A stretch of 64,000 bases of DNA from contig NC_042999.1 of assembly GCF_006345805.1 (NCBI RefSeq), positions 138,942,001-139,006,000 of the forward strand, in the 5' to 3' direction. This DNA comes from Octopus sinensis (taxonomy: Eukaryota). Each line of letters starts with the position of its first letter. The first letter of the stretch is position 1. The notes beneath the pieces were generated by a model that worked only from the letters and a program-made list of their open reading frames with translations, had not been told where the DNA came from and did no database searches. Below are positions 26,976 through 41,221 of this stretch, piece after piece. A program made the position numbers and the translations under genes.

Positions 26976-27613
26976 TCGTGCGTATGTATGTATGTATGTA
27001 TGTATGTATGTATGTATGTATGTATGTATGTATGTATGTATGTATGCATGTATGCATGTATGCATGTATATATGTGTGTATCATTCAATATATACAGATT
27101 TAAATGTGAAGTACCATAATTTTCATGCCTCACATAATACAATAGTAACACAAGCTTGTCTAGCGCGCCGTGTATAATCTGGTGGATACTGAATGATTTC
27201 CCGATAATACACGGCATGCTATAGAAGCTCGTCCGACATTTGTATTATCAGAGGCATGAAACTTATAGTATCTTGCATTTAAATTATGTGTGTATTGAAT
27301 AATATTTATCCGTTACTGAATGGAATACTTTTCTGTTGATACCACCAAGGACGAGAATACCCTATACATACATACATACATACATACATACATACATACA
27401 TACATACATACATACATACAAATATTCGTGTGTTCGTGTGTATATGCATATGTGTGTTGTGTGTGTATGTGTGTGTGTATCAGCTAAAAATGTTGTTATT
27501 AAGTCCAGCTGTTTGTCATTATTATCAATATTTCTGGTATGGGTCTATAAGTATGCATGTATATAGTTTTGTTGGTTGGTACCTTGTATATTGGTACCTT
27601 TACTAGGTAGATA

Positions 27614-27978
27614 ACTTTCTTTATTGGCAACACAGGGCTAGACACAGAGGGGGCAATTACAATGTAGAGCTTTTCTTCTCGGGGCGGGGGGACAAAAAAA
27701 GGACAACGATCAAAAGGGATCGAAATCGTTGGGGATATATGCAAAATAAAAGGTCAAAATGGTACAAAAAGTTCCCAAGAAATGGGGAGGTTTATCTATA
27801 GAAAAAAACCTACGAAAAGACCACAGTAACCTCGGGCAATAATGTCATATATTAACATATTTATTTACAAATAAGTAACTCTCTCTGTTTTAAAATTTTT
27901 ACGGTTCATAGGATCATGCTCAAGGTGGCTTCGTCATTCATACGTGCCATCCTTGCTACATTTACCCATCTTTTTCTG
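27614..27978 (-). mobile_element. Short 3' end of the same Tx1-like LINE subfamily
   Basis: Similar throughout to 40402-40860 (gctcaaggtggcttcgtcattcatacgtgccat; aaagaccac.gtaacctcgg). Tail ctagccctgtgttgccaataaagaaag; GATA/GGTA-like flanks. Confidence 0.8.
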
Positions 27979-28021
27979 TAGATAGATGCGTAAGCAGATA
28001 GGTACATAGATAGGTAGATAT

Positions 28022-28252
28022 GGCGGCGAGCTGGCAGAAACGTTAGCAGGCTGGGCGAAATGCTTAGCGGTATTTCGTCTGCCGTTACGTTCTGAGTTCA
28101 AATTCCGCCGAGGTCGACTTTGCCTTTCATCCTTTCGGGGTCGATTAAATAAGTACCAGTTACGCACTGGGGTCGATGTAATCGACTTAATCCGTCTGTC
28201 TGTCCTTGTTTGTCTCCTCTGTGTGTAGCCCCTTGTGGGTAGTAAAGAAATA
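28022..28252 (+). mobile_element. tRNA-derived SINE family A, intact copy
   Basis: ggcggcgagctggcagaaacgttag (A box), ctgagttcaaattcc (B box), core gcctttcatcctttcggggtcgat..ataagtaccag, tail ccccttgtgggtagtaaagaaata. Other copies at about 93-270(+), 12127-12340(-), 31405-31555(+), 32533-32735(+), 33325-33690(-) and 38502-38715(+). Confidence 0.85.
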
Positions 28253-28780
28253 GGTACATAGGTAGAAACAAAGAAAGAAAGCAACAGGAGGTTAAAAAAA
28301 GACAGTGAAATGAAGAAACAAAAGAAGTTAAGTCAGAAATAAATTAAGAGCAAAAGAAAGGACAGAAAGAAGCAAGAAAAGAATTAGGGGGAAAATGAAT
28401 GAAAGAGGGACAGTAAAGCTAGGAAGAACCGAGAAAATAAGAAAAGTAAACATTGGTTAGTGAAAACTAGTTGACATCACCGACTGTTGTGTACAATTAA
28501 AGTCTTTGTGAGTGCGCTGTATGCGTAGTTCTACAGTTTCTGCCTTTAAGCAAATATATTGTATTTACGCAGACAGGTTGAGTGGGCTCTAATAAAATTA
28601 TACATGCATTCATGCATATACACATATATGCATAGATACATGCATGCATGCATACATACATACACGTAGACACACACACACACACACACATACACACGCG
28701 TGCGCACATACGAATCTCCATCTCTCTCCTTCTGTCTCACTCTCTCACTCACTCTCTCTCTTTCCCTCTCTTTCTCTATG

Positions 28781-28871
<91 letters not shown>

Positions 28872-28954
28872 CTTGAGAGAATATGCAAGCGTATATATGT
28901 GTATGTGTGTGTGCATGTGTTTGTGTGTATGTGCATATATATATATATATACCC

Positions 28955-28998
<44 letters not shown>

Positions 28999-29378
28999 GT
29001 ATGTATATATGTATGTGTGTATGTATGTACATGCATGTTTATCTTTAAACATGTGAACATAGAGAACAAGCACTTAGCAAACCAAGTCTACAATCAGTCT
29101 TTCTATTTGTCCCTTTGTTTATTATGTAGCTCCAGATCTGTGACCAAGGGCTCTTCAACCATGATCTCTATTTTGCTTACTCTGCAGTTTACTATCTGAT
29201 ATTTCAATCCATTTTTAAGATAGTAAAGTGTGATCTGAGTATGATTTTTTGGAGATATTTCTTGCAGGTGGAATGGCTACTCTTAGGCGCCGTCGGCCCG
29301 TAGTATATGTGTATACATAAATATATGTATATGTGTATATATGTTAGTGTGTGCATTTGTGTGTGTGCGTATGTGTTT

Positions 29379-29446
<68 letters not shown>

Positions 29447-30211
29447 CCAGACCATCAGCATCACTCGGGCTCATCACAGATTTTGCATAAGACTTGCCTG
29501 CTCGAAGAATTTAACGTTTTTCCGCTATATTTCTTGCCCCGAATGGCTTTTGTTTTTTTATTTTATATCTAATGCTATGTCTTTCTCCATTTCTAAGTTA
29601 ATAAAGCAACCCTGCACAACACAACTGATCTTTACACACAAAATAACAGCAATCAAATAACTATAGCAGAGTGCACAACAAACATCGGCGATCTGACTGT
29701 CGTCTGTACTCTTGACAAGAGATGCCAGTTAGTCTTTATACACCGACCAGGCTCGTGTGTATTAGCCCGAGTTGCCGAATAATTTTTCGTTCCTTTAAGA
29801 ATATTGTAGAACGGAAACTTTTCATAGACTGGAATTTAAGTCCAGATCTCTATAGAAATTTATTGTTTCAAGAAAACACTGAATTTGAATTACTTTTAAT
29901 TTTTACGATTATAGATTTTACTCGGGTTATAATTTCTGAGTTCGAGTCAGGCGCGTGTGAACAATGTCGAGAGAACGTCTGCTATGAATGATATTTTTTG
30001 ATACATGGTATTTCTAAGACGCCCGCCAGACGCCGAACGAAAATAAATGAACTGCGACCAGGCTCCATAAAAGGAGCCCGAGTTATTGGCTGCAATTACA
30101 TACTTGATGTCAGTGTTGTCAGAAATTAAATCAGCTTGCAAATACACGTTCACTTTTCTAAATTTATACGCGGGCTACATCCAAACAGCCCGAGTGCCAG
30201 AGTCGGCACTG

Positions 30212-30245
<34 letters not shown>

Positions 30246-30363
30246 GTATGTATTTGTATTTTTTCAATGTGTACAAATAACGCGGAAAAAATTAACAAAT
30301 AGTTAGCAGGGTAGCAAAAGTAGTTCCAGGGTTTAGTGAAATGTTTTCGTATAACATAGATAA

Positions 30364-30435
30364 ATTAAGAAATGGAGTTAAACGCAGGTGTTATTCAAAT
30401 CTTTGAATAACACCTGCGTTTAACTCCATTTCTTA

Positions 30436-30437
<2 letters not shown>
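30364..30437. repeat. Perfect 36-bp-arm palindrome with a 2-nt spacer
   Basis: attaagaaatggagttaaacgcaggtgttattcaaa-tc-tttgaataacacctgcgtttaactccatttcttaat. Confidence 0.95.
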
Positions 30438-30485
<48 letters not shown>

Positions 30486-33400
30486 TCTGTTACTGCATTG
30501 CTTCTGTTCGAAATTTTTGCATCTCACTTGACCTTCACTTTTGGTCTTTGTGTGTCCATCACTTAAGTGATTTTCCCTGTATCACTGGCGCAACCAAAAG
30601 AGAAGTGCCATGGAATTTAAAGTCTTTGGACTTTAAACATGCCAAAACTATGTTTATAAACAAGGAGAATAGAATGAGCAACTTTCTTTATATTACATTG
30701 CAATTATAATTTTCAGTTGTTCATCTTAATTCCATTTCATTAATATTGCTATATTATGCAATAACGTATGCAACTACTTATTCATGAGGTGTCATTGACA
30801 CTTGTTGAAATTCGACTCTTCAGAATTATGCGCAAAAGATATTTGCAGTAGATATTTGAATTATCAATAATTTATACCTATACCGAATTGGGTGTGTTTA
30901 CGCTCTACATTTGCATATTACAAGCTAAAACAACAAGAAAGGTGGTTTGAATAAACCGGTCAATAAGAATGATAAATCGAAAAAGATCAGAAAACTAAAA
31001 AGTCAGGAAAGAAAAACAAATGTTTTTTTTTAGACAATATAATAAATTATAAGCTTGTTAATAGTTTATATCGCAAAAGATATTTGATAGGAATGTTCTT
31101 CGTTAGATTTTTTAACGTTCTTGATGTATAGTTATTGTATTAACTATTTAGATAAGGAATCGCAAACATACGTGTGTAATCACATTGAAATCTTTTTGTC
31201 TGCTACATTATAGGGGTCAGATGTCATCTACTACATAACTCAGCGGTCACAAGCTCACATATATGCACAGACACAGACAGATAAAGAAGACATAGATGCT
31301 ATTAATGCTATATATGGCATGTCTTATTTAGTAAAAAGAAAAAAATTAGGTGAATGAATTTCTGTACACACAGACTTAGGTGATAATATTTGTGCTTTTA
31401 CAAGGCAGTTAGCACGCCGGGCGAAATGCTTACGTTCTGAGTTCAAATTCCACCGAGATCGACTTTGCCTTTCATCCTTTCGGAGATCGATAAATTAAGT
31501 ACCAGCTGCGTACTGGGGTCAATCTAATCGACGGGACTTGTGCCTAGAGTTGAAAAGAATATTTGTGCTTTTACACACAGAAATGAAAAAAAAAAATCAC
31601 AATTCTTATATTCATTACAGTTGACTCAGTAAAATTTTCAAACATAAATTACTCTGCTGAAAAAAAAAGTGTATATATACTAGTTCCCCAGCGGACATTT
31701 TCAAGATACCAAAATTTAAAAGGTCGTATTGTTTCAAGAAAATTCCTTCTCATCACTCATGAGACATAAGTGTAAAGTTCCGTTTAGAGGTCTTCCCTAA
31801 GTGAGTTTCGGATAGTAACCGGATTAATTAGTAATTCTCTAATAAATATTTTGTTTTGTATTTCTTGAAAGCTTTTCCAAACATATTTGTACGAAGTACT
31901 TTCAAACAGTTTCCGTCTACTAAATGTACTAATGCTTACTCACAAAGCATTAAACAGTCACTTACACAAGATGCCATGGTGCATCAAGATCGAACTCGCA
32001 AATATGCGATTGGGAAGTGAACTTCTGAAGCATACAGCTATGTCTGCGCCCATACACATACATATTTCATTTATAACTAAATAGTTTGACAGAGGGCAGC
32101 TTTCACTGTTCATGGGATGTAATTGCGCATGGCTTTATATGCATATGTGAGTGTGTATATAAATGCATATAACTAGTTCGCTTCCCAGCAATAAAAAATA
32201 TACGCACATAAACTCTAGCAATAGAAACAAATGCTTAGATGTTCGAAAATACATCCTGTATTCATGGTGACATTTAAAGAAGTAAAATATTTATTCATCC
32301 CACACGTTTGTGTAACGAACAGATTTCATTATTATTAGGCATTTTTGTGACCAAAGGTAATTATAGACAGGTGCTCTCAGAATTGATTGTTTTGCTTATC
32401 CAAAGAGAATTAACAGAATAAGCAAAAATAGTTACTCCTAGGAGTTGAACTCGAGCTGTAGACACAGATCACAGAGAAATTACTATCTACATCTGTTATC
32501 TCCGGATGAAACTTAGAAAGAACTTAATAATAGGAGGCGAGCTAGTAGAATCGTTAAGCAATGTGCTTAACGGAATTTCATTCGTCTTTATGTTCCGAGT
32601 TCAAATTCTGCCGGGGCCGACTTTGTCTTTCATTCTTTCAGAGTCGATAAAATAAGTACCAGCTGAATATTGGTGTCGAGGAAATCGGCTTAACCCTTCC
32701 CCCGCAATTGCTGACCATATGCCAAATTCTGAAAGCATCATTATCATACTTCACTCATGATGTGTGAAGACGTAGCTTTGCGTGTACTTTGCTTGTTGTA
32801 TTTCGATATGAGAAAACAATGCCTAGTTTATGATAATCCGTTGCTACTTTCCTCTGGAGATGGATATTTATCAGAAATATATAAGGAACTGATAAATCGT
32901 TTATTGTATGACTAATCTGGTCATACATCAATAAAATACCAAATGTCTGCAGATTCAAAGATTCGGCTGCTTTTGAAGTAATCCGAGAAACAGCAACTTT
33001 TATTATTATGTCCATATCGTGAAACAATTTCTCTTTACTTTTTACTCGAATCATTACCGAGAACCTTTCCCACTGAAGTATGCATTAAGAAATCGAACCA
33101 GCATTTTCAAAGCTTCAACAACCAGCCAGCTTCTCCATTTTATTGTTAGAAAGAGGGGAAGTCGATTACCTCAACTCCAGTTCTTGAGTAGTATTTCATT
33201 TTATTGACACCGTAAGGTTGAAAAGCAAAGTTCACTCCGGTGACATTTGAACTCGGAACATAGCCGGAAAATATGCTGCTAACGATTCATCTAGCTCGTC
33301 ACTGTACGTAGTAAGTTAATAATCCTTTCTACTTTTGGCACAAGGTCCGAAATTTTAAGGATTGCTATTCGATTACATCGACCCCAATGCTCACCTGATA

Positions 33401-33903
33401 TATATTTCCTCGACCCCTAAAAGATGAAAAGTAAACTTGACTTCGGCAGTATAACGGTTCTTATTTCTTTACTACCCACAAGGGGCTACACACAGAGGGG
33501 ACAAACAAGGACAGACAAACGGATTAAGTCGATTATATCGACCCAGTGCGTAACTGGTACTTATTTAATCGACCCCGAAAGGATGAAAGGCAAAGTCGAC
33601 CTCGCCGGAATTTGAACTCAGAACGTAGCGGCAGACGAAATACTGCTATGCATTTCGCCCGGCGTGCTAACGAATCTGCCTGCTCGGCCCCTCGCTGTAA
33701 ATTAACAATGATAGTTTAAATGAAATAAACAAAACTAATCTTTTTCATATTTTCTTTGCGAGTAAATCAAACTGCAAAGGTAAGTATGTCCCATTTATTT
33801 TTTATTACGCTGCAGCACTGCTTTTCGTTCTTATCTAAAACTTTCCGGATAGCAGAAATAGTTTGATGTGATTCACATGAGGAAATTATTGTTACCATAG
33901 CAC

Positions 33904-34015
<112 letters not shown>

Positions 34016-35429
34016 GTATATAAGTAAAAGGGCAGGCAACAGGTTGCTCTGCCGCATACCGAAAGAATTAGAAATAGCAGTCAGAGACTGTTTATTTCCA
34101 TTTTCTACAAGTGGGGGCTCCATATACGACATAACCCTGCAATTCACATACGCAAAATAGGAGGAGTAAATAAACGAAAACAATGCCTTACCGTTAATGG
34201 TGAACATGTTTCTAGATCGTAGGCGAGAAATTGCCTTATGTCTTTCTTGAACACCATCTTCGTTAGATTTATCAAATGCCACCAGCCTCCACTTTTGACC
34301 AGACGTCATCAAATAGTGGGGGGAAGTGAGCACATAATTGTTGGTTGTCTGAAAAACCATCGAAAAAATTATTTACTCTTTTATTATATATATATATATA
34401 TATATAATATATATATATAATATATACATATATATATATACCCAGGTTACAAACATTGACCTACAAATATTCAAATTGAACTTCAATCGTATTCCGTATT
34501 AATCTTACCAATCTTGGTCACCCTGCAAATTTCCTTCTGAGACTAATTTAAATTTATAACATTGTCATATCGTTTGCTATGTATTTCCGCCAGCTCGGTA
34601 AATTGGGATGAAATAAAAGGAAGAGAATTGCACCGAAACAAATTGAACTCACATACTAAGAGTTAGTAGTTGAGCGCCTTACTCAACTCACTTGGTTATT
34701 TCATGTATACAAAGGATAGTTGAGTAGTTAGTTGAATCGATTCTCACTAAATTTTCGCTCTTTTTCCTTATTGAACTCGGAGACAAAGCAGAAAATATCG
34801 ATCGAATTACAAAACAAGGATAATTATTCAGGGTGAATTGAAGAGTAAAAGAATAAGTTGATAGATAATCGAGCACATTCAACTGGTTTATTGGTAGGTG
34901 AATTGCACACTGTCTGTAATAAATCTTACAAAGATAACATAGTTAATGTAGTGAGCATCAAAAATGCAATTTACGAATACTTAAATGGTAAAAATCTCAA
35001 TTACCTCAATAATTAATATTGTTTTAATCATTTCAGTCTGTAAGGAAGGTAACTTCAAGTATGGTTTAATTTTATTAAATTTCCTTAATAAAGAATAGAC
35101 ATTCCTATAGTAGCCAAAATAGTGATGAGAGAAGCAGGCACGCAACAATGTACACGAGTATGTATGAAACATAAACCTATCTAAAAATAACTCCCTGACG
35201 TTGTTTATTCGGATGGATTTCTAATGAATTTACTCGGACTACCGGAACAGCTAACTCAGATGCACAGAATAACTGGCATAGATTACAGTAGAAACACTGG
35301 AGACGTTTACACAGACAGAGTTGCGCAATGAAAGGAAAAGTGAAAGATAGACAGACAGGAAAATTAAAACCTTGGGGAATTACAAAAGCTAATCCATGAC
35401 TCGCAAGCTAATTACTTCGCAGTATCGTC

Positions 35430-38020
35430 ATGCAATTATCCAAAAATCACGAAACTCGTATCAAAATCTTACGGATAACTTGCTACGCAAATCCAAGCAG
35501 ATGTGTACGGAGTTTCAGCGGCCCTTCGCCGAACTGTTCGGGGATGGAGGTGTATCAGGGATGGAGGTATGTCTGGGATGGAAGTGTGTCGGGGATTGAG
35601 GCGGATTTCACCTACCTCGACGGCGTGCTGCACCTTTCGGCCAGGGATGCGGAGTTCTGCAAAATGCCGATGACAGCCGAAGACATACGGAACGCGATGA
35701 CGAGCTGCACAAGAGGGAAGTCTCCGGGGCTCAATGGTCTTCCCTTCGAGCTTTATCGTCATATGCCAAACTTGTTCAGTGATCTCTTGGCAGATGTCTA
35801 CCACAACTGACAGCAAAACGGGAGAATGTCCAGTGCTGTGAGCCGTGGCGTGATGGTGCTGCTGAGAAAGGACCCGAACAATGGAGACCAAATATATCAT
35901 TTTAGGCCCATTACCCTGCTGAACGTAGAGTATAAGATTTTGGCCAAGGTACTAGCCAAAAGGTTGGCGCTTCTCGTTGATAAACTGGTCGGTGACGCTA
36001 TCTCAAAACGCTATCCCAACGTGCGCTATCCCGAAAAGATCTATCCACGATAACCTCCACCTCACGCGCTACATCATAGAGAGGGTAGGGAAGGAACCTG
36101 GCATAGGTACGGCCCTGATCAATTTAGATCAATCGAAAGCTTTTGACAGGATCGATCATCAATATTTGGAGGCTGTTCTCGCGGCGGCCGGTTTCGGTCT
36201 CGTTTTCAGAAGCTGGATCGCTGTAAGGTACATCGACATCTGTTCGGTGGTCACAGTAAACGGCCTCCTATCGGAATTGTTTAGCATCGTTAGTTCGGTC
36301 TGTCAAGGATGCCTACTTTCTCCCCTTTGTACATACTGGGTCTCGTGCCATTACTAAGGAAGTTAAATATTTCGAGGGTCATCCAACGTGATCTAGGATG
36401 CGGAAGGTTCGTTTCTGCAATATGCGGACGATGTCACCGTAATTGTGTCGGACAACTCGGAAATCGAGGTGATCGGCACTAACTTAAGGGAGTACGAAGC
36501 GGTGATAGGAGCAAAAATTAATCAGGACAAGTCGATGGGCCTGCAGTTTGGCACCTGCGGAGGCAGGTCCATGCCAACTGACAACGTTGTAGGGCGCTGG
36601 ACGGAAGGACCGGTTAAATTTCTCGGGTCTGGTTTGGTCCAGACTTCCAGGTGGGCAAGAGTTGTGCGGGAGATGACGAGCAGGGTAGCCAATCTCACCT
36701 AGAAATAGGCAGAGAGGAAGGCGGATGTGGCGAATGCGTACATCGCTTCCGTCATTTACTACCGCCTGACCGTCGTCCCTTGCTCTGCTTCGTGGCTGAT
36801 CAATCTGGAGCGCTTGTTCTTCTGCTTTCTATGGAAGGGACATACTCTGCTCGTCTAACGGTCCACCTGCTGTCAACAGCCGCTGGATGGAGTACTGGGC
36901 AAGCCGTGGCTAATGATGTGCAGACACGCACTGGGGCTGCGACATCTCCAGTGCTTTCTTAACGGTGACCAGGTGTGGTCGCTCTGTTTGTCGTACAAGA
37001 TTTTCCGCAGCTCGTCTCATTGACAGAGCTACAGTCCTGGATCAAGTGTAGACAAAGAAAGAGCGCTTGGCACCTGGAGTGTCGGCAAGCATTCACATCT
37101 TTCTGCCATTTGGGCAACGCAGTAGGTGGACGTTCCACTATGGAGTTATATAGGGGATTAGTGGAGGGAAAGATGGACGACGCACTCAGAGAAACTCTGG
37201 GCGTCGGGAGGGATAACTAACTGGTTTTTTTTTTTCTGGAGGACTTTCGGGTCGAGGCCTATGGATAACTTCCAGAAACCGCTGGCCTTGCATTGCTACC
37301 GGGGAGCTCTGCCGGTTCGAGACAAGCTTTACAGACATAGAAGTCTGTCAGACGGATTTGTCCTGGGTGTGCACAGGGCGACAAAACCGTCCTGCATGCA
37401 CTCGTCCAGTGTTCGTGCATTACTGACTTGTGGAGCTTTGTCGAACAGCATTTTATCGTGTGTAGGACGGATCTGGTTATCAGCCGAGTCCATTGTGAAG
37501 ATCGTCCTATCGCCTTTGGCTAGGAAGGAAAAGCAGTTTTCCTCTGTCTGGTGGCTATACCGAAGTAGGTAGTATGATGGACGAGATTAAAAAGGGTTGA
37601 AGACAGATACTTTCCTCTTCGGCCAAGTTCTCATCGACTTTTTCAAGTTCCACCTGAAAAGAAAAGTGAGAATAGAGAGAGAAGTTCTGCGCCCTAGTAA
37701 ATTTGTTGAAAGGTGGGTGCATGTAGCGAGGATGACCCATGTGAATGGGTTTACTCTGAACTTTCGTTTGTAAACCAGAGGAGTTTGAGGAGGAGAGAGG
37801 TGCCTGCAGAAGTGCATCTGACGGTCGGGATAACCAGAATGTGTGGGGTTCCTCGGTTGTCCCTGTGATGAACTCCCCCTTTTCGTGAATTTTTGTTTAA
37901 TTGTTTTGTTAATTTTTTTTGTTACTTATTGTACACACGGCATTGTTCAATACCCCCACTTTTCCCTTGTATTGTATCGCTCCTTTGTTTTATGTTAGGC
38001 CCTTGTGGCCAATAAAAGAA
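35430..38020 (+). mobile_element. 5'-truncated L1-clade (Tx1-like) LINE; reverse transcriptase pseudogene
   Basis: Consecutive broken ORFs: KSPGLNGLPFELY, FRPITLLNVEYKILAKVLAKRL, LDQSKAFDRIDHQYL, QGCLLSP, YADD (36421-36432), YRGALPVRDKL. The 3' UTR ends ggcccttgtggccaataaaagaa and runs into (ATT)n. Confidence 0.9.
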
Positions 38021-38041
<21 letters not shown>

Positions 38042-38062
<21 letters not shown>

Positions 38063-38398
38063 GAGTGAGAGAGCAGTGCATGCCATCAAAGTGATACTGG
38101 GGTAAAATATACAAAGCCCAGTATACCCATCATGACCACCCGTCTGATAAGGGTACACTAGGCACATGCATCATAACCATATGTGCGCGACATGGTGATC
38201 TCATATCAAGATAAACATCGCATGTCCTTGCAGGTGAGGCCCAGTTAGAACTTTCTTCAGGTCGAGTTGGCCATTCCGCTCAAACGGTCCCTGAATAAGG
38301 GTTGTTTATGGATGATGAACGAAACAACCATGTTTCTGAAAGGGAATTATCCAAACCCCAAAGAATTCCTCTCAACACATGGCTATGATGCTCCCACA

Positions 38399-38400
<2 letters not shown>
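38042..38400. repeat. Interspersed repeat embedded in (TTA)n; shorter copy at 14541-14623
   Basis: Both copies start gagtgagagagcagtgcatgccatcaaagtga immediately after (TTA)n and are followed by (TTA)n. Confidence 0.75.
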
Positions 38401-38481
<81 letters not shown>

Positions 38482-38962
38482 TATTATTATTATTATTATT
38501 AAGGCGGCGAGCTAGCAGAACCGTTAGCACGCCGGATGAAATGCTTAGCTTGTATTTCATCTGTCTTCGTGTTCTGAGTTCAAATGCCGTTGGGGCCGAT
38601 TTTGCCTTTCATCCTTTCGGGATCGGTAAAATAAGAACCAGTGAAACACTGGGGTCGATGTAATCGACTTACTCCCTCCCACAAAATTTCAGGCCCTTGT
38701 GCCCGTAGTAAAAAGGATTATTATTATTATTATGACGCTTTAAACGTAATCTTAATACTTCGCCCACACTATAATTTGAGTCCTGAAGGTAAATAACCTT
38801 TTACTTTCCAACAAACCATGGAATAAGTTATTTTGGGGTTTCGTTTTGGTGTTAGTTATCTTTACATGGGGTTTCTTGCAGTTCGTCATGTTTAAAAGCT
38901 ACAAATACGGAAAAATAAAGACTAAGTAAACACATACGCACTCCATATATCTATATATATAT

Positions 38963-39032
<70 letters not shown>

Positions 39033-39304
39033 CGGGTAGAAAGAACTAGACCGCAATTAGATTGTAGAGAACCGGACAGACGTACATAACAGACAGTAAA
39101 CTTTAAGACAGATAGACAGACAGTGAGTAACAAGTAGAGACTCCTTCCTTAATATCGTCAGCTGGAGCGCGTAACCTGAAACTATATCCTGTCTGTGAGC
39201 CTGAAAAACTTCCTTGAATAACACAACTGTTCCTAACATCATAGTTTCTCTCTCTCTCTCTCTCTGTGCCTGTCTATATGACTGTTTTTCTCTCTTTTAC
39301 TCAC

Positions 39305-39370
<66 letters not shown>

Positions 39371-39940
39371 TGGAGTCGTGTAGATAAATGAATAGATATA
39401 TAGACAAGGATATACACCGACGTATCAAGGCATATTTATCGAGTTCTTCCAGATTTATACCATGTCATGTGCATGTAAACACAACCGACTTGATAGCATT
39501 CTCTCACAAACGTGTGCGCACGCGCACAGGCACTCACACACACACACACATTTATATAAGCATAGCTAAACAAATTAGAACCAACACATTCCTAGATACT
39601 CAGTTTAGTCTGGGAGCAATTTTGGATTATATTTGAATTAAGAACGAGGAAGTGTAAAATCTAATAATAGCAAGTAATGGCAACACACACACATACCAGC
39701 ATACACACACACACACACACAAACACACATTTACGGAAGGACATTGCGACCTCGGATATTATGCGATACCTGCATTTTATACCCAAAACTCAACCTATCT
39801 TGTTTTTACACTCGAGTATAATGCTACCCTCTAATTTTGATTCTGATGTTTTGTATTAAATTTCTCACATTATATACGAGTGAGTACGATACACACACAA
39901 ACACGATGGTTATATAGACAACAAAATAGGAAGAGACACA

Positions 39941-39942
39941 GG

Positions 39943-39986
<44 letters not shown>

Positions 39987-40006
39987 AGATAGATAGATAG
40001 ACAGGC

Positions 40007-40053
<47 letters not shown>

Positions 40054-40064
40054 TAGATAGATAG

Positions 40065-40104
<40 letters not shown>

Positions 40105-40243
40105 CAGACAGCTAAATAGATAGATAGACAGACAGGCAGACAGACAGCTAAATAGATAGATAGACAGGCAGACAGACAGACAGACAGACAGACAGATAGA
40201 TAGATAGATAGATAGATAGATATATAGAAAGACAGACAGCTAA

Positions 40244-40304
<61 letters not shown>

Positions 40305-40333
40305 CAGCTAAATAGATAGATAGACAGACAGGC

Positions 40334-40401
<68 letters not shown>
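39941..40401. repeat. Compound (GATA)n/(GACA)n microsatellite with a higher-order unit; resumes at 41113-41243
   Basis: Recurring block gacagacagctaaatagatagatagacagacag. Confidence 0.9.
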
Positions 40402-40402
<1 letters not shown>

Positions 40403-41113
40403 TGTTTCTTTATTAGCCACACAGGGCTGCACACAGATAGAACAAATTACAAGGTAGAGCTTTTCTTTTGAAGGTTTAAAAAAAAAAAAAAAAAAAAGGA
40501 AGGGGGAGTTTCGATCAAAAGGGATCGTAAAAGGAGAGAAAGAGGACAAAAAAAAGGGGGGTTAAAAAAAAGGGGGAGAGGAAAAAAAAAAAAATTGATC
40601 AATAGGGATCGTTATCACAGAAATGTCAATATGAAGTGTAAAGGGGAGGACAGGTGAGGTTTACCCGTGGAAAGAAAAGCCTACGGAAAAGACCACGGTA
40701 ACCTCGGTCAATGAAGTCACATTTTATATTTCTTTTTTTTTTTTTTTTTTTTTTGCAAATAAGCAACTCTCTGTTTTCGATTCTGGGTTCATAGGACTAT
40801 GCTCAAGGTGGCTTCGTCATTCATACGTGCCATTTTTGCTACATTCACCCATCTTTTTTAAAACATTCGCTAGACAAAACTTGCCTCTCTACTCTCACTT
40901 TCCTTTTCAAGTGGTACTTGAAGAAGTTGATGAGAGATTGACCAGAGAGGAAAGTGTTTGTCTCCAATCCTTTCAGACGCGTCCACCAGATACATTCTTT
41001 CGCCATAGCCACAAGGATGATGAAAATAGCTCTTCCTTCCCGTTTGAAGGAAGGAGGCGTGACAATATTGACGATAGACTCAGCTGATAAACCGACTCGT
41101 CCCACACGTGACA
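40402..41113 (-). mobile_element. 3' end of a Tx1-like LINE within a (GATA/GACA)n tract
   Basis: ORF 40845..41114 (LSAESIVNIV...IWWTRLKGLETNTFLSGQSLINFFKYHLKRKVRVERQVL) is homologous to 37470-37700. Tail gcagccctgtgtggctaataaagaaac. Confidence 0.85.
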
Positions 41114-41128
41114 TAGACAGACAGCTAA

Positions 41129-41221
<93 letters not shown>

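Noticed and set aside
35430-37800. GC-rich island suggesting horizontal transfer or bacterial contamination
   Set aside because: Fully explained by a decayed Tx1/L1 reverse transcriptase, with related 3' ends elsewhere in the window.
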